A DNA stretch of 64,000 nt from Tubiluchus corallicola. Lineage: Eukaryota; Animalia; Priapulida. The stretch spans positions 62,001-126,000 of the forward strand of contig JAQGDQ010000509.1 of assembly GCA_030141605.1 (NCBI GenBank), given 5' to 3'. This document shows positions 1 through 11,506 of the stretch, piece by piece. A model generated the notes under the pieces. That model was given only the letters and a program-made list of their open reading frames with translations. It ran no database searches and was not told where the DNA came from. A program made the translations under genes and the position numbers. The first letter of the stretch is position 1. Each line of letters opens with the position of its first letter.

Positions 1-156
1 TTTTTAATAAATTATTTATAAGATACGTGTGTATAAGTTCTTTGTATTTTACATTTTGGTTGTGAAAAAACATTTTCTCTGACTGAAATTTTTAACGTTC
101 ATAAATTTTATTAGAAATTGTTATAATATTAGATTGGTATTTGTTAATTTTTTCAG

Positions 157-3100
157 AGAAGCTTGTCGTTATATTCAAGATCACTTGACCCTTAATGTTG
201 ATGATTTGGGCAAGGAAAGTATAATCAATGCGGCCAAGACTAGCATGTCAAGTAAACTCATCGGACCGTATCTTTTTCACTATTCTTAACCAAGGTCTCC
301 TCAAGCCTCATCAGTGCTTTTGTTATGCATATACTGTATGCATTAGTTTTATTATATGGAACCAAAACATTTCCCACTGCAATTCTAGTTCAAACAGGCT
401 TGAGTATTTAATGGCTAAGATACCAATTTTTATTTGTACAATAGTTTTTAAAAAATTGAGCAGGTTTTCTCTTAGTGAATTATGTCAAATGCTGACTGGC
501 ATGTACCTAAATTGTCATTAGTATTGCTTACGAACTTTTGCTATTACTGAATTCATGGAAAGAAATTATCGTTCTGTGTCACACATGAGGCCATTATCAA
601 AATTTTGTGAGTGGAATGATAACTTATAAACCTTTAAAATTGTAGTTTTCACTCACTTTTTCTTTCATTTTTGACATTAGACTCAGCTTATGATTTTGTT
701 AGTACTACTCGTATTATGTTTCAGGATTTTATAATTCTTTGATTTCATGAAACTTGTTGGTTACTAGAATTCTGTTGCCGTAATAACTATATTTTTTAGT
801 TGTTTTAATTTTAGTCAACTCACCTACCTCTAATAGCTTCTTGAGTTCTTGTGCAGGGATTATTTAAGACATTCGTTCTGTCCCAGTTCACTGAGTGATG
901 GTAAAATATCACGTGCTCAGGATAACAACAGTTTGGTGTTTTGGATAACAGTAAATAAGAATAACTCAAGAGGTTCAAGTTTCCAAACTTCTTCACGCAC
1001 AAAGTTATGCATTTCAATAACATGATAAACTGCCTTTTAAATTTGCTTAGTAATTTGTGAGTTTCTTTCCTGAATGAATTTTTTTAGAGATTCTGAATTT
1101 TTTGCTGACATGGCTGTGAATGCAGTGTATGCTGTAAGAACTCCCAATGGCAAAGGTGGTTATAAATATCCCATTACTGCAATCAATGTTCTAAAAGCAC
1201 ATGGTCGTAGTGCTCGTGAAAGTGTACTCGTGCAAGGTAGGGTAATATTTATGTACAATTACCAATTGGGATTGCCCACAAAGACCAATTAATTAATTTT
1301 TCATGTAACGTCTTTCTTGAAGCTTAAGTGTCATATCGCACAAAGAAGAGCAAAGCTTTTGGCATTGCATGTAACTCACTTCCATCAAAAGAAAGGATTG
1401 TTTTTATGTTTTAGGTTATGCTTTGAATTGCACAATTGCTTCTCAATTGATGCCCAAGAAAATCATTGGTGCAAAAGTTGCTTGTTTGGACTTCAGCTTG
1501 CAGAAAACTAAAATGAAACTTGGTGTTCAAGTCGTAGTTGAAGATCCTCAGCAGTTGGAGAAAATACGGGAAAGGTGGGTCAAATTGAGTATGAACAGCT
1601 TGAAAAAGTAGTTTTGTTTCTTTGTTCTTTACAGTTAACCAACCAGAAATAGTTTTTCTAAATGTTTCTAGACATGTACCAGGGTCCTTAGAAACACTAC
1701 ATTTCTTTTCCTGTGCTAAGATAACATTGTGTTTTGAGTTAGTTATTGTTGTTATGGCTTACATTTTGTGTTTTTTTCTTGTAGTCTTTACTTACTGTAG
1801 ACTCTAGGTTTAATTCCCGAGTGCCAGCTTGGCCCCTAGAAAAAAATTTGGTGATTCTTTCACTCACTAAATCTATCCGTCATATCTCTCAATTTCAGAA
1901 GTATTTATCCAATTGAATTGAATTTGGTAGGATGATCAGCTAGGATGATCTTGGTTACAAAAGACTGTAGTAATCCCTTCGTTATTTAATTAATTAATTA
2001 GAGCTGTTTAATTAATTAATTTTTTAAATTGTTGAGTAAATGAAAGATTGTAAAAAGCAGACGTTTGGCAGCAAAAATTGTCTGCAAAGCCCCGTTTAAG
2101 TAGGGTACCACTGACATCTGGAAATTTTCCAAAATTAGTGATTGTCTTTCTCTTTCATGTGTTATATTTTCTGTGGTTTTTAGACCAGTTCATAGATTGG
2201 TGCTTAAGTGGTCAGTCCTTTCATGTGTCATCATCGTTGTCATTGTTGGACGTCTGTCTTACTGAACACTGCGTCGGAATTGGTCCAAGCTGTCTAAGCT
2301 CTTGTTAATGAATGTGTTCGCTTTATAATATCCAGATAGCTTGGTAGTCATTCGTAATAAATTGGCAAAAAAAGTTATGTTTTTATGATTAGGTAGATCA
2401 TATCCTATGGATTTTGGTGTTTTTGAAAGAGAACCGCAGTGAACAAATCCATGTCCATAAAGCAACATAATCTGTGTGCAGAAACAAAGGCTTCCTTTCT
2501 GTTACATAGATTTTTGTAACTTTGTTTTGCATTAGCTACAGGAGAACTTCTATTTTCAGAGAAACTGTCATTTTTCTTAGATCTGCATGTGTAGTTAACA
2601 CTGTACTTTGCCACAGTTTTAAAAAAAATCATTTTGACTTTCTTCAAAGTGTCTTCACGACATAATTTTAATTTACATGAAACAAATGTTTATTGCTGTT
2701 TTAAAATTTCTTGAGATTACAGTTTTCAAAAATGATCTACCTGAAGGACTTTAAGTGACCTCTTAAATTTGATAAAGGTATATTCTCAATAGAACAGTCC
2801 ATAGAATACACATAGATACTTGAAGTCCTGGTTAGTTAAACCTTGTATTTTGTGCTTTTAAGTACATACTATGTCAGAACCATATTCCATCGTTTTTTGA
2901 ATACTTTAAACACTTTGTTTTATTTGCAGGGAACAAGACATTACTAAAGAAAGAGTCCTAAAAATTCTCTCATCAGGTGCAAATGTTATTCTGCTGACTG
3001 GCGGCATCGATGACATGTATATGAAATATTTCATAGAAGCTGGGGCGATGGTTGTGCGTCGATGTACTAAACAAGATCAGAAACGCATTGCACGTGCTAC

Positions 3101-5594
3101 AGGCGGTAACATACTAGATTTCCCTTTTGTGATTGTCAACAATGATAATGAGCTTTATGTCTGTTGTCGGTAATTTGTGACTATGCATTGAAGGAACTTT
3201 ATCATTTTTTCCTTAAAAGATGATTATATACCTTACTGTTTGTCTGTGATGTCAGAAATATGCACACTATTCTGCTACACTGCAAGTTTCACAACTGCAA
3301 CTTACATTAACGATCCACAATAATAGTGCCATATTTGTTCTTAAACACTTTATTCAAATGCAGTTAACTGATAATATAGAACCAAATTCAGTACAGCAGT
3401 CTGCGAATGTCAATGTAATCATATGTAACATACTGATTTTGTTTACAGCAATATAGGATGCGAGTCATGCTACACCTTTGCTAACCTATTTGCAATATGC
3501 AGCATTTGTTGTTACATTACGCATATGTAGACATTATCTGGCAGTATTGTCAACTGTGTTACTATTGTTTTTAACAGCCACTCTGATGTCAACATTAGCT
3601 AATCTTGAAGGTGAAGAAAGTTTTGAAGCCAGCTTGCTTGGTCATGCTGAAGAGGTTTCGCAAGAGAGGATATGCGATGATGAACTCATTCTCATTAAGC
3701 GGTAATTAATTACAATAATGTGAAGCAAATGCAGTCATTCGACCATATGAAATCTATTTTAGCTTGCTAACTAGACAGATATATATTATGTTTACCATTA
3801 TGCACATTTACATGCTTACACAAAGTTAGATGCAGTTTTCTGCTCATTAAATTATAATAATGTGCTGTAAATGCAATCACATTGAGCTAAATGAAATCTG
3901 TTTTAAAGATGTTGCAAGTTTATGTTATATTTACTTTGAGCATTGAAGTACCTATCCTACAATTAGACTCAATGTTATTCTAGAAAAACAGATGTACTTT
4001 AAAACAATACTGAGTTCACTGCTAAAGAAATTTTACTTATTGCTATTTGATTGTTATTTTGGTTGCTGAAAATTTAGTGCATCATCAGTCAATCAGAAAC
4101 TCGAAAGAGCATTCTTGTTTTCCTTATGGATAGACACTTACGTTAATTTCTATGAATCTTGCTTACTAATATTTTGTCTTGCAAATGTGATTCTTAACAT
4201 TTTTACGATGAGTGCAAATTTACGAATTTACCGTTTGCTTTTCAATTTTAATATTTAATATGCAAATTTAAATACTTTCTTTAGTCCCAAAGTTAAGTCA
4301 GCAAGTTCTCTCATTTTGCGTGGAGCCAACGATTATATGTGTGATGAGATGGAGCGATCGATGCATGATGCACTATGTGTAGTCAAGCGTGTTCTCGAAT
4401 CCAAAACAGTGGTTCCTGGAGGTGGTGCTGTAGAGGCAGCATTATCTATATATCTGGAAAACTTTGCAACATCATTGGTAAACCATTACACTCTAAGGAA
4501 TTCAATTTAACCTTCCAGTTCAAGTTTAAGTTCAGTTTTCTGTAACTCTAATATCTGTCTCATGCCTTTTTCCTCGTAGAGAAAAAAGGCATGAGACAGG
4601 TGTTAGAGTTAAGAAAAACAAAAGCATGTATGCTGTACAATGAGAAACAAGCATTTTTGGTCTTCAGTTTTGACAGATAATATATGAAGATAATGCATTT
4701 TCAAACAAAAGTGCAACTTTACTTCTTTATGAAAGAGCTTCTCTTAAATTAAATCAGATGGACTGTGATTTTCTTTCCAGGGCTTTGCAATATGATGCAA
4801 AATGTTGGTCATATGTTCTGTGAAATGTAAAAAAGAGCTCTGACACCAAGTATGTCATATTATCTTATTCCGTGAGAAAATATAGTTTAAAAATGTATTT
4901 GCCATGTATTGTTTCAGGCATCGCGTGAACAACTGGCCATTGCTGAGTATGCAAACTCTTTACTTGTCATTCCTAAGATGTTGGCAGTCAATGCGGCTAA
5001 AGACTCTACTGACTTGGTAGCGAAATTGCGTGCATACCACAATGCTTCTCAGACGAAGGTGGAACACTCAAAACTGAAGTGGTAAATTTTGCAAATTTTT
5101 TTTTACCTTATAAGCATAGTTTTTACAATTTATTGTAAGTTTCCTTCATTGTTTAATAAAACCTAGTGAAGGTAACTAAGGATACTTCTGCACACATGAA
5201 GTTAACTTGATTATTCTGTATTGCTACTTTCTTGCCCATCTACATTGGTTTGAAAGTAGTATTGTAAAGCTTGTATACTATGATAGAAAAATGGAGCTGT
5301 GACTTCAACTATTTTTTATTTACACGTTTAAATGGCTTTTCTATGTGTAAAAGTTAATGTACTAACTTAAATAAACAATATTATTTTCATAGGGTTGGTT
5401 TGGATTTATATGAAGGCACAGTGCGAGACAGCATCAAAGCTGGTGTTTTAGAACCTGCTATCTCGAAGATAAAGAGCTTTAAGTTTGCAACAGAAGCGGC
5501 TATAACCATTCTGCGTATTGATGATATGATTAAACTTGATCCAGGACCAGACAAGAACCCAGAACATAGCTATCCAAGTAGTCCAATGTCATAG
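157..5594 (+). CDS. TCP1: T-complex protein 1 subunit alpha (CCT1); 5'-partial, earlier exons lie upstream of the window
   Basis: Phase-compatible GT-AG exons: 157-267, 1088-1236, 1415-1574, 2930-3105, 3578-3701, 4285-4477, 4918-5081, 5393-5594. They translate to CCT-alpha motifs [88 protein letters not shown] and [15 protein letters not shown]. Confidence 0.97.
268..1087 (+). other. Probable U12-type (minor spliceosome) GT-AG intron of TCP1
   Basis: Donor GTATCTTTTT resembles the U12 consensus RTATCCTTT. Branch-site-like TTTCCTGAAT at 1066-1075 lies about 13 nt before the AG. Confidence 0.7.
4535..4619 (+). other. Long inverted repeat / hairpin in a TCP1 intron
   Basis: Arm taactctaatatctgtctcatgccttttt (from 4543) pairs with aaaaaggcatgagacaggtgttagagtta (to 4611). 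The two DNA mismatches are G:U pairs in the + strand RNA. Confidence 0.85.
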
Positions 5595-6654
5595 TCAGTT
5601 TTTAAGGAAATTGTAGCATTGTGCTATACCATCAACTTAAAATTGCTAGATAAGTTCAGTCATTGATTTACTTTTGCACTTTGAAGTCCACATGATTTTT
5701 TGCCTGAGTTATTAATTTTTAGTTATATAGCATTCTAATTTTTTGTGAGTGAAGCTTGTGGCAGAAGAAAACAAATCAAAATTTGAAATTTTTCTAACTA
5801 AAACTTCCATGCAAATGTAAGGAAAATTCTTAAATACTTATGTCATTAAAGCTTTATGCTTTGGCATTGCAATTTGGCAGTAGTGACTATAGAATAAGAT
5901 TTTTCGAGATGTTGTGCTCATTTTGATGTCTTTGCTGAAGTAAAAAAAAATTACCAATTATTGGATTAGTTTTTTCTGTGCATTTTTTTCATTTTTTCTA
6001 TACATTTCATGCATTATTAACACATTATTTTGCACTGTATGTTATTGTTTCCAAATAATAGTAACAGACAAAAACATGAGCTGTAGCTAATTATTTTGGA
6101 TTCTTTTAGTGGAATTGCACTAAAGGAAAAAGCAGGAAAGGAATGTTGTGAACTCTGCACTGTAGAAAACTATGTTTTTGATCAATAGATGATGCATCCC
6201 ATTTATTTTCAGCTGCGTATCATTTATTGCAAAACAGTTTTATAACAATGAACAACCATAAGGCTTGAGTGTTCAATTTCTTCTTTGCTCCAACGGACTC
6301 TCATCAGAGATCATTTGAATTGTAAGAGTTGGCGCTCCAGGTTTTGTTAGTTTATGCTCCCAATGAACTCCTTTATTTTAATTTATGTAGCGCAGCAAGG
6401 CGGCACCTATCGATTGAAAAAAATAAACTCTTAATACAAATATTTAGGGTGACCCCTGTAAAAAACTAACAGTTTCGTACGCTTCCAATAAAATGATACA
6501 AATTCATCATGGTGGTTATAATAATAAGCATATTTTTATAGGTGAAAAACAATATTTTAATGTCACTGCTTTTTTACACACAAATATATATATATATTAT
6601 ATGTATGGAACTCTTATGGCTCAATATATACATATTTACTAATACAATGGAATA

Positions 6655-6850
6655 CATGTATTTCTCCATTTGCTAATTAGATGGGAAATAGCACCTGCAT
6701 CTCGAATATGCGTCACACAAAAAATAGGTGCTGTGCCTCTCATTTCAGAGTTATTAACTTGTGACGTAGTGCACACATTCGATAAGTCATGCGACGATGA
6801 TGATGCGTGGGCATAGCGATAAACTTTCAATTTGAATTTTAAACTTAAAT
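6655..6850. repeat. Dispersed repeat, copy A (copy B at about 29001-29185)
   Basis: Blocks ctaattagatggg-a-tagcacctgcat, caaaaa-aggtg-tgt-cc-ctca-ttca and aatttgaatttt occur in the same order and orientation at both loci. Confidence 0.75.
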
Positions 6851-7972
6851 CCCCAGTTACCAAGTTTTTATATTTTAACACTGAATGACGGCGCAATTAC
6901 TGTGCCCAGTTAGCTGCAAAGAAGACCAAACTACATGACAATTACTGAACTGCACTGAGCCTGAAGAGTGTAAGAAAGTGATAAACCCAGAGATAGGATT
7001 AACTGGTGAAAAAAGAATTGGTGGCAGTCAGCACATTCCTACTGAATGAATGTATGGAGTACGGAAAACTGTTGAACAAGCACATTAAAATGGGAAAGGA
7101 CAACTAAAAACTAGACTCGCATTTAAAAGGGAATTTTGCACTCTATTATTAGGTGCCCATCAAAATTTGGTGAACAGAGTCAAGAATAATTATCGTAAAT
7201 TAGCCGCCTTTTTATTCTTCTCAACAACGATCAAGGAAATAAAGTTATTTGACACGGGTTAGGTATGAAAGATTTCCGCTACACGTGACGCTACTTTTGT
7301 GTTTTGTGTGTTTTTGTTTACAATTTATTGCATGACTTTACTTAACAGTTAACACTGTAAATTTTTAGGATGCTTATTTAAGAAAGTGTTTGTTTGTAAA
7401 TTTTGTATTTGATGCTCATGTGTATATAATTCATGTTTAGAGCGAAACTGTAAGTGCTTTTTTTCAGTGTGTACCGCACAGTATTATGAGTTAATCGCAA
7501 CGTTCTTGCTTTGTCGCAGGATAGACGAAATTTCGTGGTCTACACTGTGCCCACTTTGTAGAATTAAATGAATCCACCTCATTTTTATATTTTCATGTAG
7601 TTCATCATTGATAATTTAATCGAGATTAAAACTATACATGTTAATAAGAAACAATAGAGAGTTCCCGCTACAGTGAAATACCGCAAAATTCTGATTCTGA
7701 AATGACGTCTCTCCAGTCACAACCATGTCCAGTATGTTTCGCTTTAGCTTCTGACTTTTGAATATTTGAAGAATTTAGTTATTTAAAGTCTTCAGACATC
7801 ACGAGAGCCAATTGAAATTGTGCTACAAATGAAAATGACTCAAGATACCTATGTGTGTTTTCTGTACATATCATTATGTCAGCAAGGTAGGAAGGCAGCA
7901 GCCTATGTTGAACAAAAACCTTGGACAAAAATCTATTAAATGGTCATCTAATAATTTTTGATGAACGTACTA

Positions 7973-8980
7973 CAATAGGTGCTGCTTAATAGACTCACTT
8001 TGGGACCAAAATGTTTTGACCCAATTAACTAAACCTATTAACCGATTGGTGTAGTGTTACTGATATAGAAGTATGAGTCATTAGCTTAGTATGCACTGCA
8101 AATGTTTTTAATGAATTTTAGAAACGAATTAATGCCTAAATTCCTTTGTGCAGTTAAAAATTAAAAAAAAAACATTTAGCGCTTGGCGTGCTTGAACTGC
8201 AGTTGGTGGTGCCCTTCACAGTCTTTTTCTGTATGTCACTTCTTAGATGCTAGTTTCTCATTTTGGCTTGCTGGTTGCTCAATTTCAAATTGTTTTTTCA
8301 AAATTCTGCTGAGAGTACTTTGGGAAATTTTCAACTACGCTGTTGCACACCTCTGCCCCTTCTTTGGAAGTTTATTGTACTGCCCTAAAATTTTCAATTT
8401 CCCTTTAACTGTTAGATCTTTATGTTTATGGTCCATTTTTTCAAATTTCTTAACTCTATGCTCTTATTTGCTGTATGATATTTACTCTTGTAAGAAATAC
8501 CGGCTGATCACTGCGTCTTTGACTGTTACCCTATTAAGCGTGAAAGAGTGAAACAAGAGCTTCAAAAGGAAACCGCTAGACAACTGATTAAATGTTTGGC
8601 TTCCAGAAATTCTTAGGTAATGAGGTTAATTGCTGTGGATGAGCGGGTAGCAGATTTAAAGCAATCCTGCTGACGCTAGCGTATTAGCTCTTGATAAACG
8701 TACCTGCTTGCAAACAAAAGGTATTTAAGATGGTTACTTCTACCTATATTATATTGCACAAAAGTGAAGTAAAGATGGCATAAGTAGGAAAGGCTGTCTG
8801 GGTACATACAAGTGTCTTATTTTAAGTATGTGAAAAAAAAATATCGAGTCAATTATGTGGAGTTATTTGAGTCAGTTACCGACAGTTTTTATGTACATTT
8901 GAATAGAAGCGGTCGGTACCAGATATTTTTGAGTGGATTGAATCTATTAAGCGTGAGTCTATTATGCGGCACTTAAACTG
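7973..8980 (-). mobile_element. Non-autonomous pogo/Tigger-like DNA transposon (more decayed copy)
   Basis: Degenerate TIRs (caataggtgctgcttaatagactcac ... gtgagtctattatgcggcacttaaactg) flanked by TA. Minus-strand relic MDHKHKDLTVKGKLKILGQYNKLPK...KISQSTLSRILKK is a CENP-B/psq-type HTH. Homologous to 16734-17806 in the opposite orientation. Confidence 0.85.
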
Positions 8981-11506
8981 TAGTAAATAAAAGCTGTAAA
9001 CATTCATTGGATTGACTTTGGCACCAACAATGCACATGCACAATGAAAACTGCTCACAACATTTTCCATTAAATGTGAAGATCTCTCACATCGCCAATTT
9101 AGGCATGAGACAATCCATTAATTTTTCAATTTTATGTGTAAAAGCTCTGCCCATAATTCCTCTTGACCTACCTATCGAACCAGTTAATAATGTTTGTTTT
9201 ATAGTGTACAAAAAGTCATTTTTAAATAAATTTGAATTTATGGTATCTTATCAATTTTCATGTTTACAAATGAAATTCTGCTTACTGGTGAAATTTTTAT
9301 AAGTACTAATAAATAGCAGTTGCATTAACCTTTGCCTCGGCTTCTTTACTAAAGTTGGTATTAAAGTTATCGAACAGAGTGATATTGATGGAATTCTGGT
9401 ATAAAACAATGTGCATAAATCTAAGGGAAGAATTTTGGAGGTATTCTTGTTTATGAATGGTTGGTTGTAACATGGTACGTTCTAGCTACAATATCACCAA
9501 GTCTTAAAATTATTGGTGTAAGTGAAGCAATTTTGTTAAAGCTGAGGGACTATCATTGTCACCTGACAGCGTCCACACTTTGTGTTTGAATAGGTTAGCT
9601 GGCATCCATGAAATTGTCATTCATGTCCACTTTTACAGGTGGTTTGATAGATTTTTAGCTTTTAAAAAAGCTGAACGCAATAATACAGCTAGTAGCTGTA
9701 GCAGTAGCAGTATTAATGTAGTTTTACTGCAACAAAACTTTGCAAGAAAAAGTGGATGCAGCTTTGGCAATGGTAAATTGTCTGATGCTGAATCATGCCT
9801 GAATGATTGTCTTACAAAATTTCAATTTTAGAGTTCTGGCACTAAGACAAATTTGCATGCTAAGCTAACTAGATGATTTTGTGACACTGGGGCCAATAAC
9901 TGGTTTACTTAAAACAACAAGATGTTTCGTATCTTCTTTAATTTCTCTCTTTGGCTTTTTTTCCCACTTGTTCCTGCTTATGGTGAAAATAACTCATATT
10001 CTGACTCATTGAAGACATCTCGGACAGATATGTCATCAATGTCCTTGTGTAGCAGTTGTTCATAAACTTGCAGTGGGTTAAAAGACATTGGCCTCTATGT
10101 CCCTAAACCAAATCCATGTATTCTAAAGATTCCCTATCTAAGGCATTAAATAAAAGAAATCAAAGCTGCTCTCTACTATATCAAACTCATCCTTTAAATC
10201 AATCATGTCCTACAGTCGTGACCAAGTGTGAGAGTCACCAGGCTGTCTATGCACTCATTAGAATTGCTGTACAGTGGTGTACTAGTTGTCGTAGTACTTA
10301 TATGCAGCACTTGGCAAAGCTTCTAAGAGCCTTATGTCGTTATCCGTATAAAAAGCAATTTTCTATTTAATTGGTGCAGAGTCATAATGTTGTTTGCTGT
10401 AGATTATTCTAGTGATGTATGACACACACTGTTTTATAGTATTAGACTTTCTGTTTTAGCTAGGACTTAGACATCTGGCAGATAAAAAAATTAACTCTTA
10501 GAACAGTGAGTCTCCACTTTTTTGGCTTCTTGTATGTCTTGTGCCACATCTGCGGCATCAGCCAATAATAGTTTGCTCAAAATATTTATCAAGGTAAGGT
10601 TGTCTGTAAGCTCCTCCTTCCACGCTCATGGAGTCTTGGGCAACACATTTATGCATTTCAGAGCCTTTGATAAGCATTGGCTAATTAAATATAAAAATAT
10701 TGAAACTTTTAAAATGCTAGACTTTATTCAAAATAATATACGTAATATGAAATATTTGGAGCTTTTTGTGTTAGAATTAGTACATTATTTTTGTGGTATT
10801 CACACATATTTTAAGTAAATAAAAGATTAATGGATTTTATGCTATTCAACTTGCACTGGCAATTTAAATAATATCTGTATTTGTATTTCTCCTGTCCCCC
10901 CAAAATAAAGTATTTTTTCCATGGGTGAACCTTTAGCCTTGTTGTGCATGCCTGATTAAAGCACTTTTGTCAAACTTCAAGACTTGCTAGCTGCTAGGTA
11001 AAGCTGTCATGTTTACATGTCTAAGTGAGGAAATTTGGTTTAGTCACTTTAAAGATTAAATGCTTATTGATTTTAACAGTCAATAAATGATTCCTTTCAG
11101 CTTATTTGTAAAAATGTATAACATTAATTAAATTTAGTTGTATTGTAAATTCAGTCTTTTTTTAACAAGAGAATGTGCAGTGATAGAATTTTTTTTGCAA
11201 TGTATATGGCTAACACATTTATTTTTTTTCACTGCTTTTTACAAAGCGCCTGATCTTTCAATTTGCTTTGAACGAAACAGAATTTACTCAAATTGCAATT
11301 AGCGTGGAAAAGGGAAAAATATCTTTGTTCTCCACCAGCATGTTCTTTTACTTTTCTTGCACTTTCTATTTGTCTTCCTTTCATTATTATAAGTTCCATA
11401 TTTTCTTTTCTTGTTGTCTATCGTATTATATTTTTTCCAGATGCTGAAGAGTGAATCTTCATACATATAATAACTTTTTGAAGCTTGAAGCAGCTTGCAG
11501 TGCATA

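Noticed and set aside
4790-4845. C/D snoRNA candidate (ATGATGC ... CTGA) in a TCP1 intron
   Set aside because: Imperfect C box, short, no terminal stem, and no rRNA complement I could verify.
8183-8551. 122-aa + strand ORF
   Set aside because: Antisense to the Tigger HTH relic.
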